In this document: piece after piece, positions 1 to 11,200 of the stretch
Layout of the letters: every line of letters starts with the position of its first letter
How positions within the stretch are numbered: position 1 is the first letter of the stretch
DNA from: Iphione sp. A-MEVVRFRX5
Taxonomy: Eukaryota
Direction of reading: 5' to 3'
Assembly (NCBI GenBank): GCA_976226885.1
Contig: OZ320316.1
Coordinates: 80,104,001 to 80,168,000 of the forward strand
DNA: 64,000 bases
Notes under the pieces: generated by a model
Database searches by the model: none
The model's input: the letters and a program-made list of their open reading frames with translations, nothing else
Told to the model about the DNA's origin: nothing
Position numbers and translations under genes: made by a program

Positions 1-728
1 GCCTTACGCAAGGCCACTCCAAGTTGTATGGCCTTCTCTCTGTCATCCCATGCGTTGGCCGCCGCAACCAGTTGATAATGATGGAGAAAGTCAGACAAGG
101 ACGTCGATCCATCGTAGGTGTCCGGCTTAATAGAAGTGCGGCGGGGTCTCTCTGAGGGTCGGGCCACCCGCCTGAGCTCGTCAACCAGGTCCTGAATGAG
201 GGGGTCCTCTTCTTGCCTCGGCCGGGCTTCCTCCTCATCACTGGACTCTTCTTCGGAAGATGCTGCCGCAGCGTCTTCTTCCTCCTCTTCGAGTTCACGG
301 GCTCTAACTGCTCGGGGTCGAGGTGCGGGAACGGGGGTAGCTGTTATCGCTCGCCTTTCCCCCTCCCCAGCACCTGTAAATGGGGATAGGGTCCTTCTCC
401 TCCTAGCGGTCTCCTTCTCCTCAGATCCCAGGGTACAAGCTGTGTCGGCACCGACCCTCGAAGGAGCTTTCTTCCCCCCTCCGGGGAAGTTCTCCGCTCG
501 GCCCGACGACCCATGCTCCGCCCCTGGGTCCTCCGCCCCAACTGCGGGGAAAGGTGTCTCCGCAATTTCTGAGGGGTAAAGATGCTCCGCATCTTTTGAG
601 GAGTAAGAGTGCTCCGCACGATCTGAGGAGTAATAGTGCTCCGCACGATCTGAGGAGTCGGTATTCTCCGCACCAGAAGGAGAGTCAATCCCACCGCTGC
701 CACCAATGTTGCGACCCGATCTAAGCAT
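1..728 (-). CDS. gag: Gypsy gag, N-terminal part (3'-truncated by window edge; absent from the ORF track)
   Basis: Manual translation from ATG 728-726 is open to the window edge: MLRSGRNIGGSGGIDS...LIQDLVDELRR...SIKPDTYDGSTSLSDFLHHYQLVAAANAWDDREKAIQLGVALRK, matching the Gypsy capsid pattern KPxxYDG...F..HF..VA..N.W...EKA..L...L. Confidence 0.85.
   Translation of the reverse strand, partial: MLRSGRNIGGSGGIDSPSGAENTDSSDRAEHYYSSDRAEHSYSSKDAEHLYPSEIAETPFPAVGAEDPGAEHGSSGRAENFPGGGKKAPSRVGADTACTLGSEEKETARRRRTLSPFTGAGEGERRAITATPVPAPRPRAVRARELEEEEEDAAAASSEEESSDEEEARPRQEEDPLIQDLVDELRRVARPSERPRRTSIKPDTYDGSTSLSDFLHHYQLVAAANAWDDREKAIQLGVALRK
555..662. repeat. 27-bp in-frame tandem repeat (4 copies) inside gag
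   Basis: Units 555-581, 582-608, 609-635, 636-662, e.g. GTGCTCCGCACGATCTGAGGAGTAATA; encodes SSDRAEHY-like 9-aa repeats. Confidence 0.85.
687..705 (-). other. Primer binding site complementary to the tRNA-Leu (AAG/UAG type) 3' end
   Basis: + strand AATCCCACCGCTGCCACCA equals the 3' end plus CCA of eukaryotic tRNA-Leu(AAG/UAG) as recalled; lies 1 nt from the LTR end. Confidence 0.88.
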
Positions 729-939
729 TGCGAATAAACCGATGTCCACACAGAAGTAAAATAGACGTGTTGTTTATTCAAGAGCAAACCGTGAACTGAA
801 CTGTGTCCCCGCACGCACTCCTATTTATACACCAGCCATAACGTGCGGGGTAACTAACTGCGGAGACATTTACTCCTCAAAGATTGCGGAGACAAGTTTA
901 CTCAGCATAAATTGCGGGGAAGTACATCCCCGCACAACA
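707..939 (-). repeat. 5' LTR (233 bp) of the Gypsy element
   Basis: TGTTG(707)...CAACA(939) termini; on - strand TATAAATA at 829-822 and AATAAA at 778-773 in U3-R-U5 order; second LTR not in window. Confidence 0.8.
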
Positions 940-3900
940 ATATGTAATGAATACAACACAAAAACTATATTGTAACTATCTGTTTAACTGCATGTTTTAT
1001 CAAAATTATTGAAAATACTTGCCAACCGATCCAACTGCTTAAGACGCAATTTTGAAACGTAGAATGATTAAATCTTGAATAAACTCTGTTTCATGCACGG
1101 AAACAAATATTCAGTCTTTAAACTCCATAACCACGTAAGCTTGACTAGGGTGGGGACAGGTAGGTTTGCCCTTAAGGTACTAAATATAGCACCGATACGC
1201 TTGCTTACACTTGAGCGAACGGTACACCTCTAGATCTAGGTTGGCCCCGCCTGTGGTGTCGGCGTCGTGTCGAATCACCCTTTCTGGGTCTGCGACGGGG
1301 ATCGGACGGAATTACCTGACAGGCTGTACTCGGGGACTTGGAATCAGGTAGGAGACAGTTAAGGCGCACCTGGTTCTTGAATGAATAGAGACCTTTGGTC
1401 CCCCCCTTATTCTACGCAATCTTCAACACCCTCACAGGGGACAGTGAACTCAGAGAGGCCTGGCTTCAAACGAAGGAACACTAAAAAATATAAAGCTTAC
1501 TGCAGTTCGTGGTGGACTCTACTAAGCGCTCATATAGCCAGCTTAATGCGAGGTTAAGCTAGTCAACGACCTAGATGCATGGGTAACGCAGTTGGACATA
1601 GGCTTCAAGTGAAATCGACAGAAGTATTGATCTATAAATGCACGTATCGTTAAAAAATAGAGACTATCGATTTAGTTATGTCCATGGTTCAAGCTGCAAC
1701 ATTCTAAACAGTGAAGCTGCCTAACATTTCATTTCAATTAACATTTGTCGTGTTGGCTCGGTCTCATTCATCAAATTATGAACATGTATGCATGCTAGTT
1801 GTCATTCAAAAACTGAAGGGATGGCCTCACTCGAGACCATCTGTTCATGAAGTGGCATACTTACTGTATCATGAACAGCCAGTGTGCACTTATCTACGGG
1901 ATATTTTGTCAATCCTCCCCCGCCCGAAGCCGGGGTGCGTGACTCACGCTGTTTGCGAGGAGACTTGAGGGGGCTGTCACTTCTGAAATTCTGTTTGACG
2001 TTCTAGGGTGGAGCCGGACCTACACTGATGTCGTTTCCCCTCCGACAGAAACTATGGGTCGGAATACTCCATAGACTAGGCAGTAAGTGACATTTACAAA
2101 CGAAATATGACTTCTAACATTTCGTCATATCCCACTAACTTTTATTCCTTTTTGGACAGAATGCATGCCTTCGTTGGAAATGCCCCCCTATAGATAAGAA
2201 CTTTCAACGATCACCCACACAAGCGGACCTGTGTAGAGCTGTATTGTTCTTATTTTGACGTGAATATAGAGAATGGAGCTGAGACAGGTTTGAAGGAAGG
2301 GTAACATTGACAAAATAGACATCTAAAACTAGCTTGAAAAACACAAACATAGCCTCGGTGTGTTTCCACTATATCCTCACAGGTTTAAGGTCTTCTATGT
2401 TGTGTTGACAAGCTTCCTGGTTTAAGTTCGTTCGCATATATGCCAGTGTAACCTATAATACCTAGTCTGCCTCCTGAATCTCAGGACAGCAGAATTGCTG
2501 GTAGGTTATACCAGCCATGGTTGTTCTCGTGCCAATCGAGTTTTATTAGACATCACATCATACTGACTGCGCCAAAGCAGCACTCCAGCTACCACAGAGA
2601 GGGGCCGGTTTTACTGGTAAACAGTAAAAGCTTGCCACGTTTACTCATGTATGCAAACACACTGGGCTCTCGGTAACGCTCCTAATTTATAACTGAGTTA
2701 ACGTATATTTTTGTATTCCTTATGGTTTTCATTTCTCTTCTACAGCTTGGTTACATTTATTTCTGAAACTATTGTCGAAAACTATACTTTGGGGTCTTTC
2801 CCTGTCACCTGATCTCCTTTAATTAAAAAAATACCAGTGTCGTGTCAGGGTATGTCCGTGGTAAATGAAAGAAATATATGGAGCAGAATAATGTGATGTT
2901 ATGACCATATGCCAAGCCCCTGAATTCCATGTGTATAGTTTTGCAGTCACATGTTCGAGATCAGGCATTTTGATAATGATCTGCCCTCAGAGCTGAATTC
3001 GTTAACCCTTTGAAACCGACATAATGGTAATTTAAACTTGTTTTCAAGTTTGTTTGTCCTATGAGGAAGGAACTGCAGCAGTAAAGTTTTTTAAAAAAAT
3101 TAGTATTTTTTCTTATATAATTGTACTTTAGAGTAAGCTCGTTTAGCGTTGTCGATGAAATAAATATACTACATAGCAGTTTGTCATTTCCGATAACAAA
3201 GTACATGTAAAGGAATATGAACCCCACATACGGTGTAAGTCCAAGGACGTTTTTTTTTCTCTCCACATTTGTATTGTTTTGCCATGCGGGTTTCCTAGAG
3301 CCTCGGTCATTTTCGCCGAAGTGAGAACAGTATAAACATGTAGATTATACATTCATTATGGTAGGTGCATGGAAAGAAGACGAGCTAGTCCAAGTTTGAC
3401 CTTTCGCACGCCAATCTATAAGCGTCAATCTAAGTCGAATTTATCTGAACTTCCGCATGGGAATAGATATCAACATTTCGGTGTGTTTTAGTGCATGTGT
3501 AAGGATTTAAAGGGAAAAAAGCGAAAATACCGTGAAACATTAAAACTTGTGTATGTTTATCTACATGTTACCGATATGTTCTTGATGATGAAGGGAATAG
3601 GGAAGACAATGGATACTCGTTTTGATACTGAGGCCCTTTATGAATTATATATATTTTTTGTACTGTCACGTTTATATTTATACGAGAAGATACCACGGCG
3701 AACTCTTGCTGGATGTAAACTCATCCAAAGTGTACGGTATTTTCGGCCCTCAGTCCATTACGAAGATAAACTAAATGAATGTTTAACAGACTAAAAATGT
3801 GATAGTTTTGTACAGCAGCAGACAGAAAATACAGAATAAATAGTGCTTCAACGCCAAGGAATGATGGCAGGGGAGAATGGTACCAGTAAGTAGCCCACCT

Positions 3901-4151
3901 TCTGTGCAGGTTCGCACAAAAAAAACCTAAACGTTTGCGTATATGAAATCATCTTCAGGTTCACTTTCATTTGGTGCCTTTAGGCCTTTTCATACAAAGA
4001 GATAATGGGGTCGCATTAAAACATCGACTTCGTTCGGGTTAATCATATACTTACAAGAAATGGTCAGTGTAAGCAATTTGTAAATTGCCGTGTTTGACCA
4101 GCAATTTTACATATTTAGGTATGTTTCTCAACTTTACCCGAATAAGTGATG

Positions 4152-4768
4152 TATATGTGACCAGCCAAGGAAAAAGGGTATTTCAGTGCAAACCTATGGA
4201 AACTAAAGAACACTTTTGGCTATCATTTGGTGTAAAGATTGTGTGAATACTCCTTCTAGATCCCGAGATATCTCAATTCAAAGTTGATATAACCAACCTT
4301 TCAAAAAGATGAAATTTAATGCTTAATGCATTCCTTGACATTCTGTAGTGTAACTATCTAGATGCTGTAAAATATATAAATTATTCTTAAATTTTCATTC
4401 TTTCACAGAATCTGTTCTAGAAAAGATATTCTTAATAAGGTTTCAGTTCTTGATAGGGTATTTCTTATATTTCTGTATTATTAACACATTTAAAATAATC
4501 CTCAAATTTTGTCACTATGGTAACTTAATGTATTCATTTATGTAAATTAGCTCATTTACATATCTGATCACATGACTTATAATAACTTAATGAATAGTAA
4601 GAATTCACAAAAACTGACTTTTGCAACAGATTCTACAGGAAAAAATAGCAAAAAGAGTTTTTCATGACTAGATTTCCATTTACTTCATTTTTGGCCTTAA
4701 ATAATGCTTATTTTACACCTTGACATTTTTGCGCCGGATACCCCTTTTCCCATGGCTGGTCACATATA
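4152..4768. mobile_element. MITE-like non-autonomous DNA transposon (~617 bp)
   Basis: 16-bp perfect inverted termini TATATGTGACCAGCCA/TGGCTGGTCACATATA extending to ~40 bp imperfectly; AT-rich non-coding interior; TA or TATA target likely. Confidence 0.7.
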
Positions 4769-6700
4769 TTGTATGTACTGTGTGTGCTGCTTATGAGTGT
4801 ATAACCTATATGGACGCATAACGTGGACTTTCTTCTTTTGACAATTAAATCTAGTAACATGATGGAGAGGGGACCAATGGCGAAACCCTGCCATGAGCAT
4901 TGTTCTTCTAAATGTTACACTGGAGTGTTTTTACCAAAGATTCAACCCCAAAGGGTGATAGTTTGTAATACACAGCTCCTGTACAGCTGGTACATGGCAC
5001 TGTCCGACCTGAATATAGGGAGATATTGACTAACTGAAACAGCAATCGATTAATAGTAGTGCTTGGCCTAATGCCTGTGAACCATGATGTTTACTGTAGC
5101 TTCGCTGTTTGGCAATGAGATTTAAAACTGTCCTTTCAGCGTCTGCCCTGTGGAAAACAAGAAAGAAATTGAACAAAGTTGACACAGGTTGGTACCTACA
5201 CAAGTGCGACATAGAATATTTCCTTATACGTATTTTGAAAGAGCATTCAACTAGGAATAGCAAGGTTACCATGGTAATACTGTGCCGTAAAAAAGAACTC
5301 CGTCATATCAGCAAAAGTGCAAACATGTTCCATGAATGCATGAGATGACTGGCAGATAGCGCTAGATGGGATGCCTTAATAGTTCGCTCTTCTGTTTTTG
5401 CTTTACGTATGGCTGAGTATGTCGGCCATTGTACGTGTACCTGAGTTTTCATCTCTGTTAAACTTATAACGTATGTCATGTGTCTGTATATGGCTCTATC
5501 ACACGCTTGGCTATAGGAAAAGAACGGTTCGTAATATATGTAGATGAAATGAAAACACCTCAATGAATCGTCTCGGACGTATGGTACATGTATTGTATTG
5601 TAGCTGTTTGGGAAATGGTTTCATAAGGGAGTGAACGTGTCTGTTGACGTGATATACACATTTCAATGAGAGATGGGACTTTGATTCGGTCTGCCCACAG
5701 GCAAACGTCACTGTGTGCCATCACTTATTGAAAACAGTTTGACAAAATACAATGAAAACATTAAAAAACTTAAGCATGACAAAGCTTCGGGCATTACTCC
5801 CCAGGGTCTTAGAACGAATTTGCCCCACGGCATTCGTAGCCGACGGTTGATCCCTGCACATCAAAGTCTATTTTGCATTACCAAATGTAACCTAGTTTGC
5901 TTCCTACAGAATATGACCTCTGTATGTTGACGCCATATACGTCCTCCCGTGTAGTCCCTCTTCTTAAAGCGCCCACCCGTTGCCAGTCTCAATACACCAA
6001 CTTCCTGTAGGTCATACATGGTGTGTGTCGAATGACCAGACACATAGCATTAAACAGGAACCAGTAGGGCAGTAGCAAAGGTGCCTAAAGGAACAGGGTA
6101 AGTGATCGTGTTGCCAGGCGTCGTTACTGTTGTTTTAAGGGGAGGAGCGACAAGGTGCTAAGTCGATGCAGGTAATTCACTAAAGGTCTTAGAGTAGTAC
6201 TATTCAGGTCACTAGATCATGCGAAATGAGAAATACTGTCTTTTTGTTGATTAAACCATTTGTTTCAGAGACCTGGAAATATTTTCTATGGGAACTTTGC
6301 TCGCAAATCGTCTTTAAGACAATTATAGTCTCAGTTTATGAACGCCACTAATACTGTTGAGCCACCCCTAAAACCTCTTTCTTTCTATGTTCTTATCATC
6401 ACCCCGAGTCCATTATATTGCATATTTGTGCAATTCTTCATTCTGTTATGATCGCTGATTTTCATGTGGAAGTTCCTGAAGGGACTTGGACCCACACCAA
6501 TCCACATGCCTTATTCTCTCTGTTCATTGCCTATGAGACAGCCAGAGCTCTTATCCACTGTGCCAAAGAGGCTGGACAATAGTTAGACTATGATTCTTTC
6601 ACATACTTTAATGTTTAAGTCGAACTTTTGTCAGATGTTTCACTTTTTATTGAAAAATACTTTCATGAATTTGTTAATGTCAGGGGAGACCCTTTTCCGC

Positions 6701-6906
6701 AATACTTTCCTGAATTAAATGCATCTTTAGCATGACCTCTGGAAATATTTGCCATTTTTAAAAAAATTCAGTGCATCTTTAGTCAAACCTCTTGTAATAT
6801 TTGCTACTTTTCCTGAAATTAAACACACCTTTAGCACTACCTCTGGGAATATTTGCCACTTTTTCATAAATCAAATAAATCTTTAGCATGACCTGCCAAA
6901 ATATTC
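6701..6906. repeat. Degenerate 52-bp tandem repeat, ~4 copies
   Basis: CATCTTTAG-like anchors at 6722, 6774, 6826, 6878 (period 52), each followed by ACCTCT..AATATTTGC. Confidence 0.8.
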
Positions 6907-7568
6907 CCGTTATGCTTTCATTAATGTGGGGGTAGACCTCCCACACACCCCTTTCTTTTCTTTTTCAAATTTCATTCTTTTTTCACGATTAGGATATTAT
7001 GCAATATCCTAACTTAACAAAGTATCACAAATCAGTTTGCCACTGGTTACGTAACACATCAATACTTTATTTGCATAGCAATATACATTTACATATAAAG
7101 TGCATGGTTTCCTTTTCCAGACAAAGGCGTTCATAGAGGGCATACCTGTTTTTGCTGGTATTCAAATTGTCAAAAGACAGACTATCACTGCAAAACCTTA
7201 TATGGTCAACGCGTAAAACGATCCTCGCAGTGATGCACAACCATAAAAATATGACCCACCACGATGTTATTTCAATTATTCTACGTATAGGAATCGATTC
7301 GTAGCTTAATTTTATAGAATTTTCGCGCTCTTGATGGGTATTTAGCCAAGGTAAACGTCGTAAGTTAAGTTCAGTGACAGGACGGTTTTTTGTGCTGACA
7401 AAGCGACGTATACAAATGTAAACGCACTGGTGACAATGTACTCCTGTGTGAGTACCCGAGACCATTTGTGTAGCAATTCTTTTTGTTTGTCTTCCAGGGT
7501 TTCTGCTACGCACATGGTTTTCTCCACTGTGAGTCACTCGGCAAACAGGGAATAGCAGAACAGGCGTA

Positions 7569-9497
7569 ATGGCCAAGTCGCACGAGAGGAAGATTGTCGA
7601 CGTGCGCGACCTGTTTGGCCAGACTAAAGAGAAGATCGATCTCTCGGAACTGGACACAAGCCCACGTTTGTCGCCTCAGCCCAGTGGCTTCGCCGGTGGC
7701 TTGAAGCACAGTGCTCTGGGTGCCTACACGCCGAAGGCCTGTCAGAGCACTAACGACAATGTGTTTTTCGGCGATAGCTCAGTAGAAAATGGATCGCGGC
7801 ACGACAACGAAAGGCGCAAGGGCGACGCACCGCGACCGCCGGTGCTGGTCGACGTCGATGTCGGGATAGGCGAACAGGAGCTTGACTTGGATTCAGACGT
7901 CATGACCCCGGAGCCTGTAGAGTCACGTAGTCCGTGGAGCTTTGGCAGCGGCGCCAGCAGTGGGCACCCGGGGCCACCGGTCCAGACATCACGTACACGG
8001 CCCGCCCCCACGGCCGGCGCAGGCGGGCATACTAAACCTGGTCAGTTTATCATGAATGGCCGAGCGGCCAGTCGAGGCTACAATAAGTATGAAGGCCGGC
8101 CCTTGCCAGCGCCGCCGTCGGAGTCGCCTCCATCGTCACCGCCACCTGCACCAAGACAGACACACGCCGACCATGGACGTTCATCACCAAGGGACGTGGG
8201 TGGAGTAATGAGTAACTTTAGCTTCGGGGTCAAGCCGCCTTCTAACCGACCACCTCCCGTCTATGGAGGAGGGCATTCGGCTCAGGCGGATGGAGGAGCA
8301 AGAGTCGGAGGGACAGGGGCCAGTGGTAGTGCCAAGAGCCAGGTCAGTCTAGACCAGAGCTCATCGGGTGTAGAAACGGACGATAACGGCTCGCCAGAGG
8401 GCACTGTGCAGGTATTTAAAGCAGGCCCAACATTAGGTAGTCGACCGGCTGCCCCTCCCCCTCCGCCACAGGTCTCTTCACTTTCTTCTAGACCCCCTCC
8501 ACCTATCGCCGAGCATTCACCGGCGACGGACAGCAGTTATCACTCTGCGGAGGGAAGTGACGCCGAGGACGAGGGCAGCGACTACTATGAAGAGGGAGAA
8601 GCTACTATCGACCTGGAGGATGAGGACGAGACGACCATTGAAGGAGGCACGCGTCACGTCTACCACGAGTATCAGGGTGATGACTTTGGCCAGTTCCTCA
8701 ATGAGGAACACAGCCAGGATTCAGCTGCTGGAATGCGTGGCAAGAAGAAACGACATCGACGAAAGAAGAGAAAGGAAGCACTCGTTACCCCCGGCAACTC
8801 AGCGAGTATCTCCTCCGGAGAAGCCACTACCAAGGATAAGAAACGCACTTTGCGAGGCCGGCTGGCTGCCGTTTTCATGGGCAACAAGGCCGGCGATGTC
8901 GAGCAGAGGGCGGCGGCGGCGGCAGCGCCGAACGACAAGATGGCTGACTTGCGAAAGCGCATCGAAGCCGGCGGCACGATCCACACCTTCTCCTTCGCCG
9001 ACTCCAAGATAGGCAACACGTTAACGCGGCAGGGCCACATGCAAGGCCAGGTTAGTCAGTCGGGGGACGATGGTGCCGGGGGCGTGCAAGGCCTGGCGCC
9101 ATGTGACGCTGCCTATGGCGGTGACCGCAAATGGTGGAACACGGATATGCTCTCGGCTCGACAGCTTCAGAGCAATTCGGACGTCATGCTCATGTCAAGG
9201 CGAGCGCCGGCAGCTCCGCACACCCTCGCACCTCTATCCCAGGGCGAACTTAGTCTCAAAGAAACAGCACCGTCACCAGCACCGCCTTCGGGGATTGACT
9301 CTGGATCTCCCTCGATGGACTTTGAATCGCAGCGCAAGAGCGTGATGTATGGATCACACCCCGACAAAAAGTTCCAGAAGCAAAGTATTTTTAGAAGGTT
9401 CAAGAAGGACACTGGAAATATAGATAGCATTCCCGACAATACAGTTACAAATCCCTTGGCAGGGCTAGAGAGTGACTTAAAGGATATACAGTTTTAA
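7569..9497 (+). CDS. 642-aa low-complexity (Pro/Ser/Gly-rich, acidic tract, basic NLS-like KKKRHRRKKRK) protein of unknown function; single exon or large terminal exon
   Basis: 1929-nt open frame, clearly more GC-rich than its flanks; GTAATGG start context; polypyrimidine+CAG acceptor-like site at 7478-7497; no recognisable domain. Confidence 0.75.
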   Translation: MAKSHERKIVDVRDLFGQTKEKIDLSELDTSPRLSPQPSGFAGGLKHSALGAYTPKACQSTNDNVFFGDSSVENGSRHDNERRKGDAPRPPVLVDVDVGIGEQELDLDSDVMTPEPVESRSPWSFGSGASSGHPGPPVQTSRTRPAPTAGAGGHTKPGQFIMNGRAASRGYNKYEGRPLPAPPSESPPSSPPPAPRQTHADHGRSSPRDVGGVMSNFSFGVKPPSNRPPPVYGGGHSAQADGGARVGGTGASGSAKSQVSLDQSSSGVETDDNGSPEGTVQVFKAGPTLGSRPAAPPPPPQVSSLSSRPPPPIAEHSPATDSSYHSAEGSDAEDEGSDYYEEGEATIDLEDEDETTIEGGTRHVYHEYQGDDFGQFLNEEHSQDSAAGMRGKKKRHRRKKRKEALVTPGNSASISSGEATTKDKKRTLRGRLAAVFMGNKAGDVEQRAAAAAAPNDKMADLRKRIEAGGTIHTFSFADSKIGNTLTRQGHMQGQVSQSGDDGAGGVQGLAPCDAAYGGDRKWWNTDMLSARQLQSNSDVMLMSRRAPAAPHTLAPLSQGELSLKETAPSPAPPSGIDSGSPSMDFESQRKSVMYGSHPDKKFQKQSIFRRFKKDTGNIDSIPDNTVTNPLAGLESDLKDIQF

Positions 9498-11162
9498 ATT
9501 TCAAACGATCTGCGTCACCGCAACACTGGAATAAGAGATCTATGTGATAAAAAACGGCGCTAGATATTCCCTCTAGGTGGTTTGTAGTTTAAAACATGTG
9601 CCTTGGATGTGTAATATTGCAATTTGCCAAAGTTTGGCCATGTACCTGATGAGGGTCACACTTATAACGGCCTATATAAGAAATGTGTCAAGACCACATG
9701 TATTAGGACTTCTATTCCATTACAAACGTATACAGCACAATTTCTCTATACTCGCCATTTGCTGGTGTAATGGGTAACCTCAGATTGGAGCGTTTGGGTT
9801 ATGCAGAGCTTCCATGTAATTTAAGAAATATTTGGTGATGGCAGGAATACAGAGGTGGCCTGAATGTGCAAGGGACATCGAGGAGATATTTCACTGGACA
9901 CAGATATACGTTAACACACTTTAATGGGCTTATGTTTCACTAACATACACTCAGCCCCGTCAAACCGAACATGGTCTAATCCCTGAAAATCTTATGTTTA
10001 AATGGGGAGTACGGTAAAATATATGAAATAGGGGAAAACGGACAATTTTTCCTTTTAAAATACATTTGTGTCCAGTTAAGCGGAGACTTAGCTGGTGATT
10101 TGGGGACCGGATAGGCGGGGCTGACTGTACATATATTATATATGTGCGCCTTTCTGTGTTCAACGTTGAAAAACCAGCAAGTCTATATTCTTGGAGCTGC
10201 TAACCTGACTGACACTTCTAATTATCAAATGAACACAAAGTAAATATGACTGCATTTAAACTTCCAAAATTGCTAGCAAAAATGCACAAAATCATACCTA
10301 CACACTATACCTAGTGTGGGTATCATCAAGCATTTTTCTCCACGTTAAGGGCAACGGTGCTGTGTTTGGCAACGTGAATACATATATATATATATATAAT
10401 ATTACTTGTCCTCATATACTGCGCAATTTATCTATTAAGGATCATACACATAACCATATATATAGTATCTATGTATACATGCATGAAAGGCTGTGCGCTC
10501 TAGATGATTCAATCTTGAGGTTATTGAATATTTGACTAGATGGTTAGCACATACATGTGATTACTGCTATTCAACAACACCAGCATTTCAAAGTGATCGC
10601 CGATGAAAACGAAAATTCTAGATTTAAAAAGGAATTCTGTGTGATCGCTCATACACAGCGCTGTATAAAACACTAAAACATTTGATGTGCATATTTTGCT
10701 CTGGGCTCTTATTGGCAAACAGGAAGGTAGCGTTAGATTGCCTCAAAATCTAAGAATTGATATGTCACATTTTAGTTCTAACTATGAAATGGATGGTGAA
10801 TATCCCCGAAGACACGTAGAGATGTCCATCAACATTTTAAGACTTCGGGATAAAAAAACTGTCAAATATTCACTCAAAGGCCTAACACAATTTCCCTCTT
10901 GCAAAGGTAGAATGACGATGAGTACATCTACATGTATTGATCAACAGATGGGTGAATCATTGAACGGGGCCAATATCGATAAAAAAAAGCATAGTCGTCA
11001 AGAACATGGGGCTTCCATGGTGAAAACATAGGGAAATTGACAGGGTGTTGTCTTAAAGCTCAGACATGATATACAACTAAGAAGGATTTCCAAACGAATT
11101 ATGTACGGCAACGTTTGCCACAGTAAGTCAACTCCACAGATGACCATCTACACGAGAAATTA

Positions 11163-11200
11163 AAGGCATGAAAAACAAGTTAAGGCATGAAAAACAAGTT
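11163..11200. repeat. 19-bp tandem duplication
   Basis: AAGGCATGAAAAACAAGTT x2, exact. Confidence 0.85.

Larger units (their letters stand above)
1..939 (-). mobile_element. Ty3/Gypsy-type LTR retrotransposon, 5' end (LTR + PBS + start of gag); rest lies outside the window
   Basis: TG...CA LTR with TGTTG/CAACA termini, tRNA PBS 1 nt inside it, and an open gag-like frame running off position 1. Confidence 0.9.

Noticed and set aside
196-814. ORF-track ORFs 196..579(+) and 344..814(-)
   Set aside because: Shadow frames of the true gag frame (728 to <1), caused by GC-rich repetitive coding sequence
7067-9439. Several - strand and alternative-frame ORFs around the 642-aa ORF
   Set aside because: Antisense or alternate-frame shadows with no recognisable motifs
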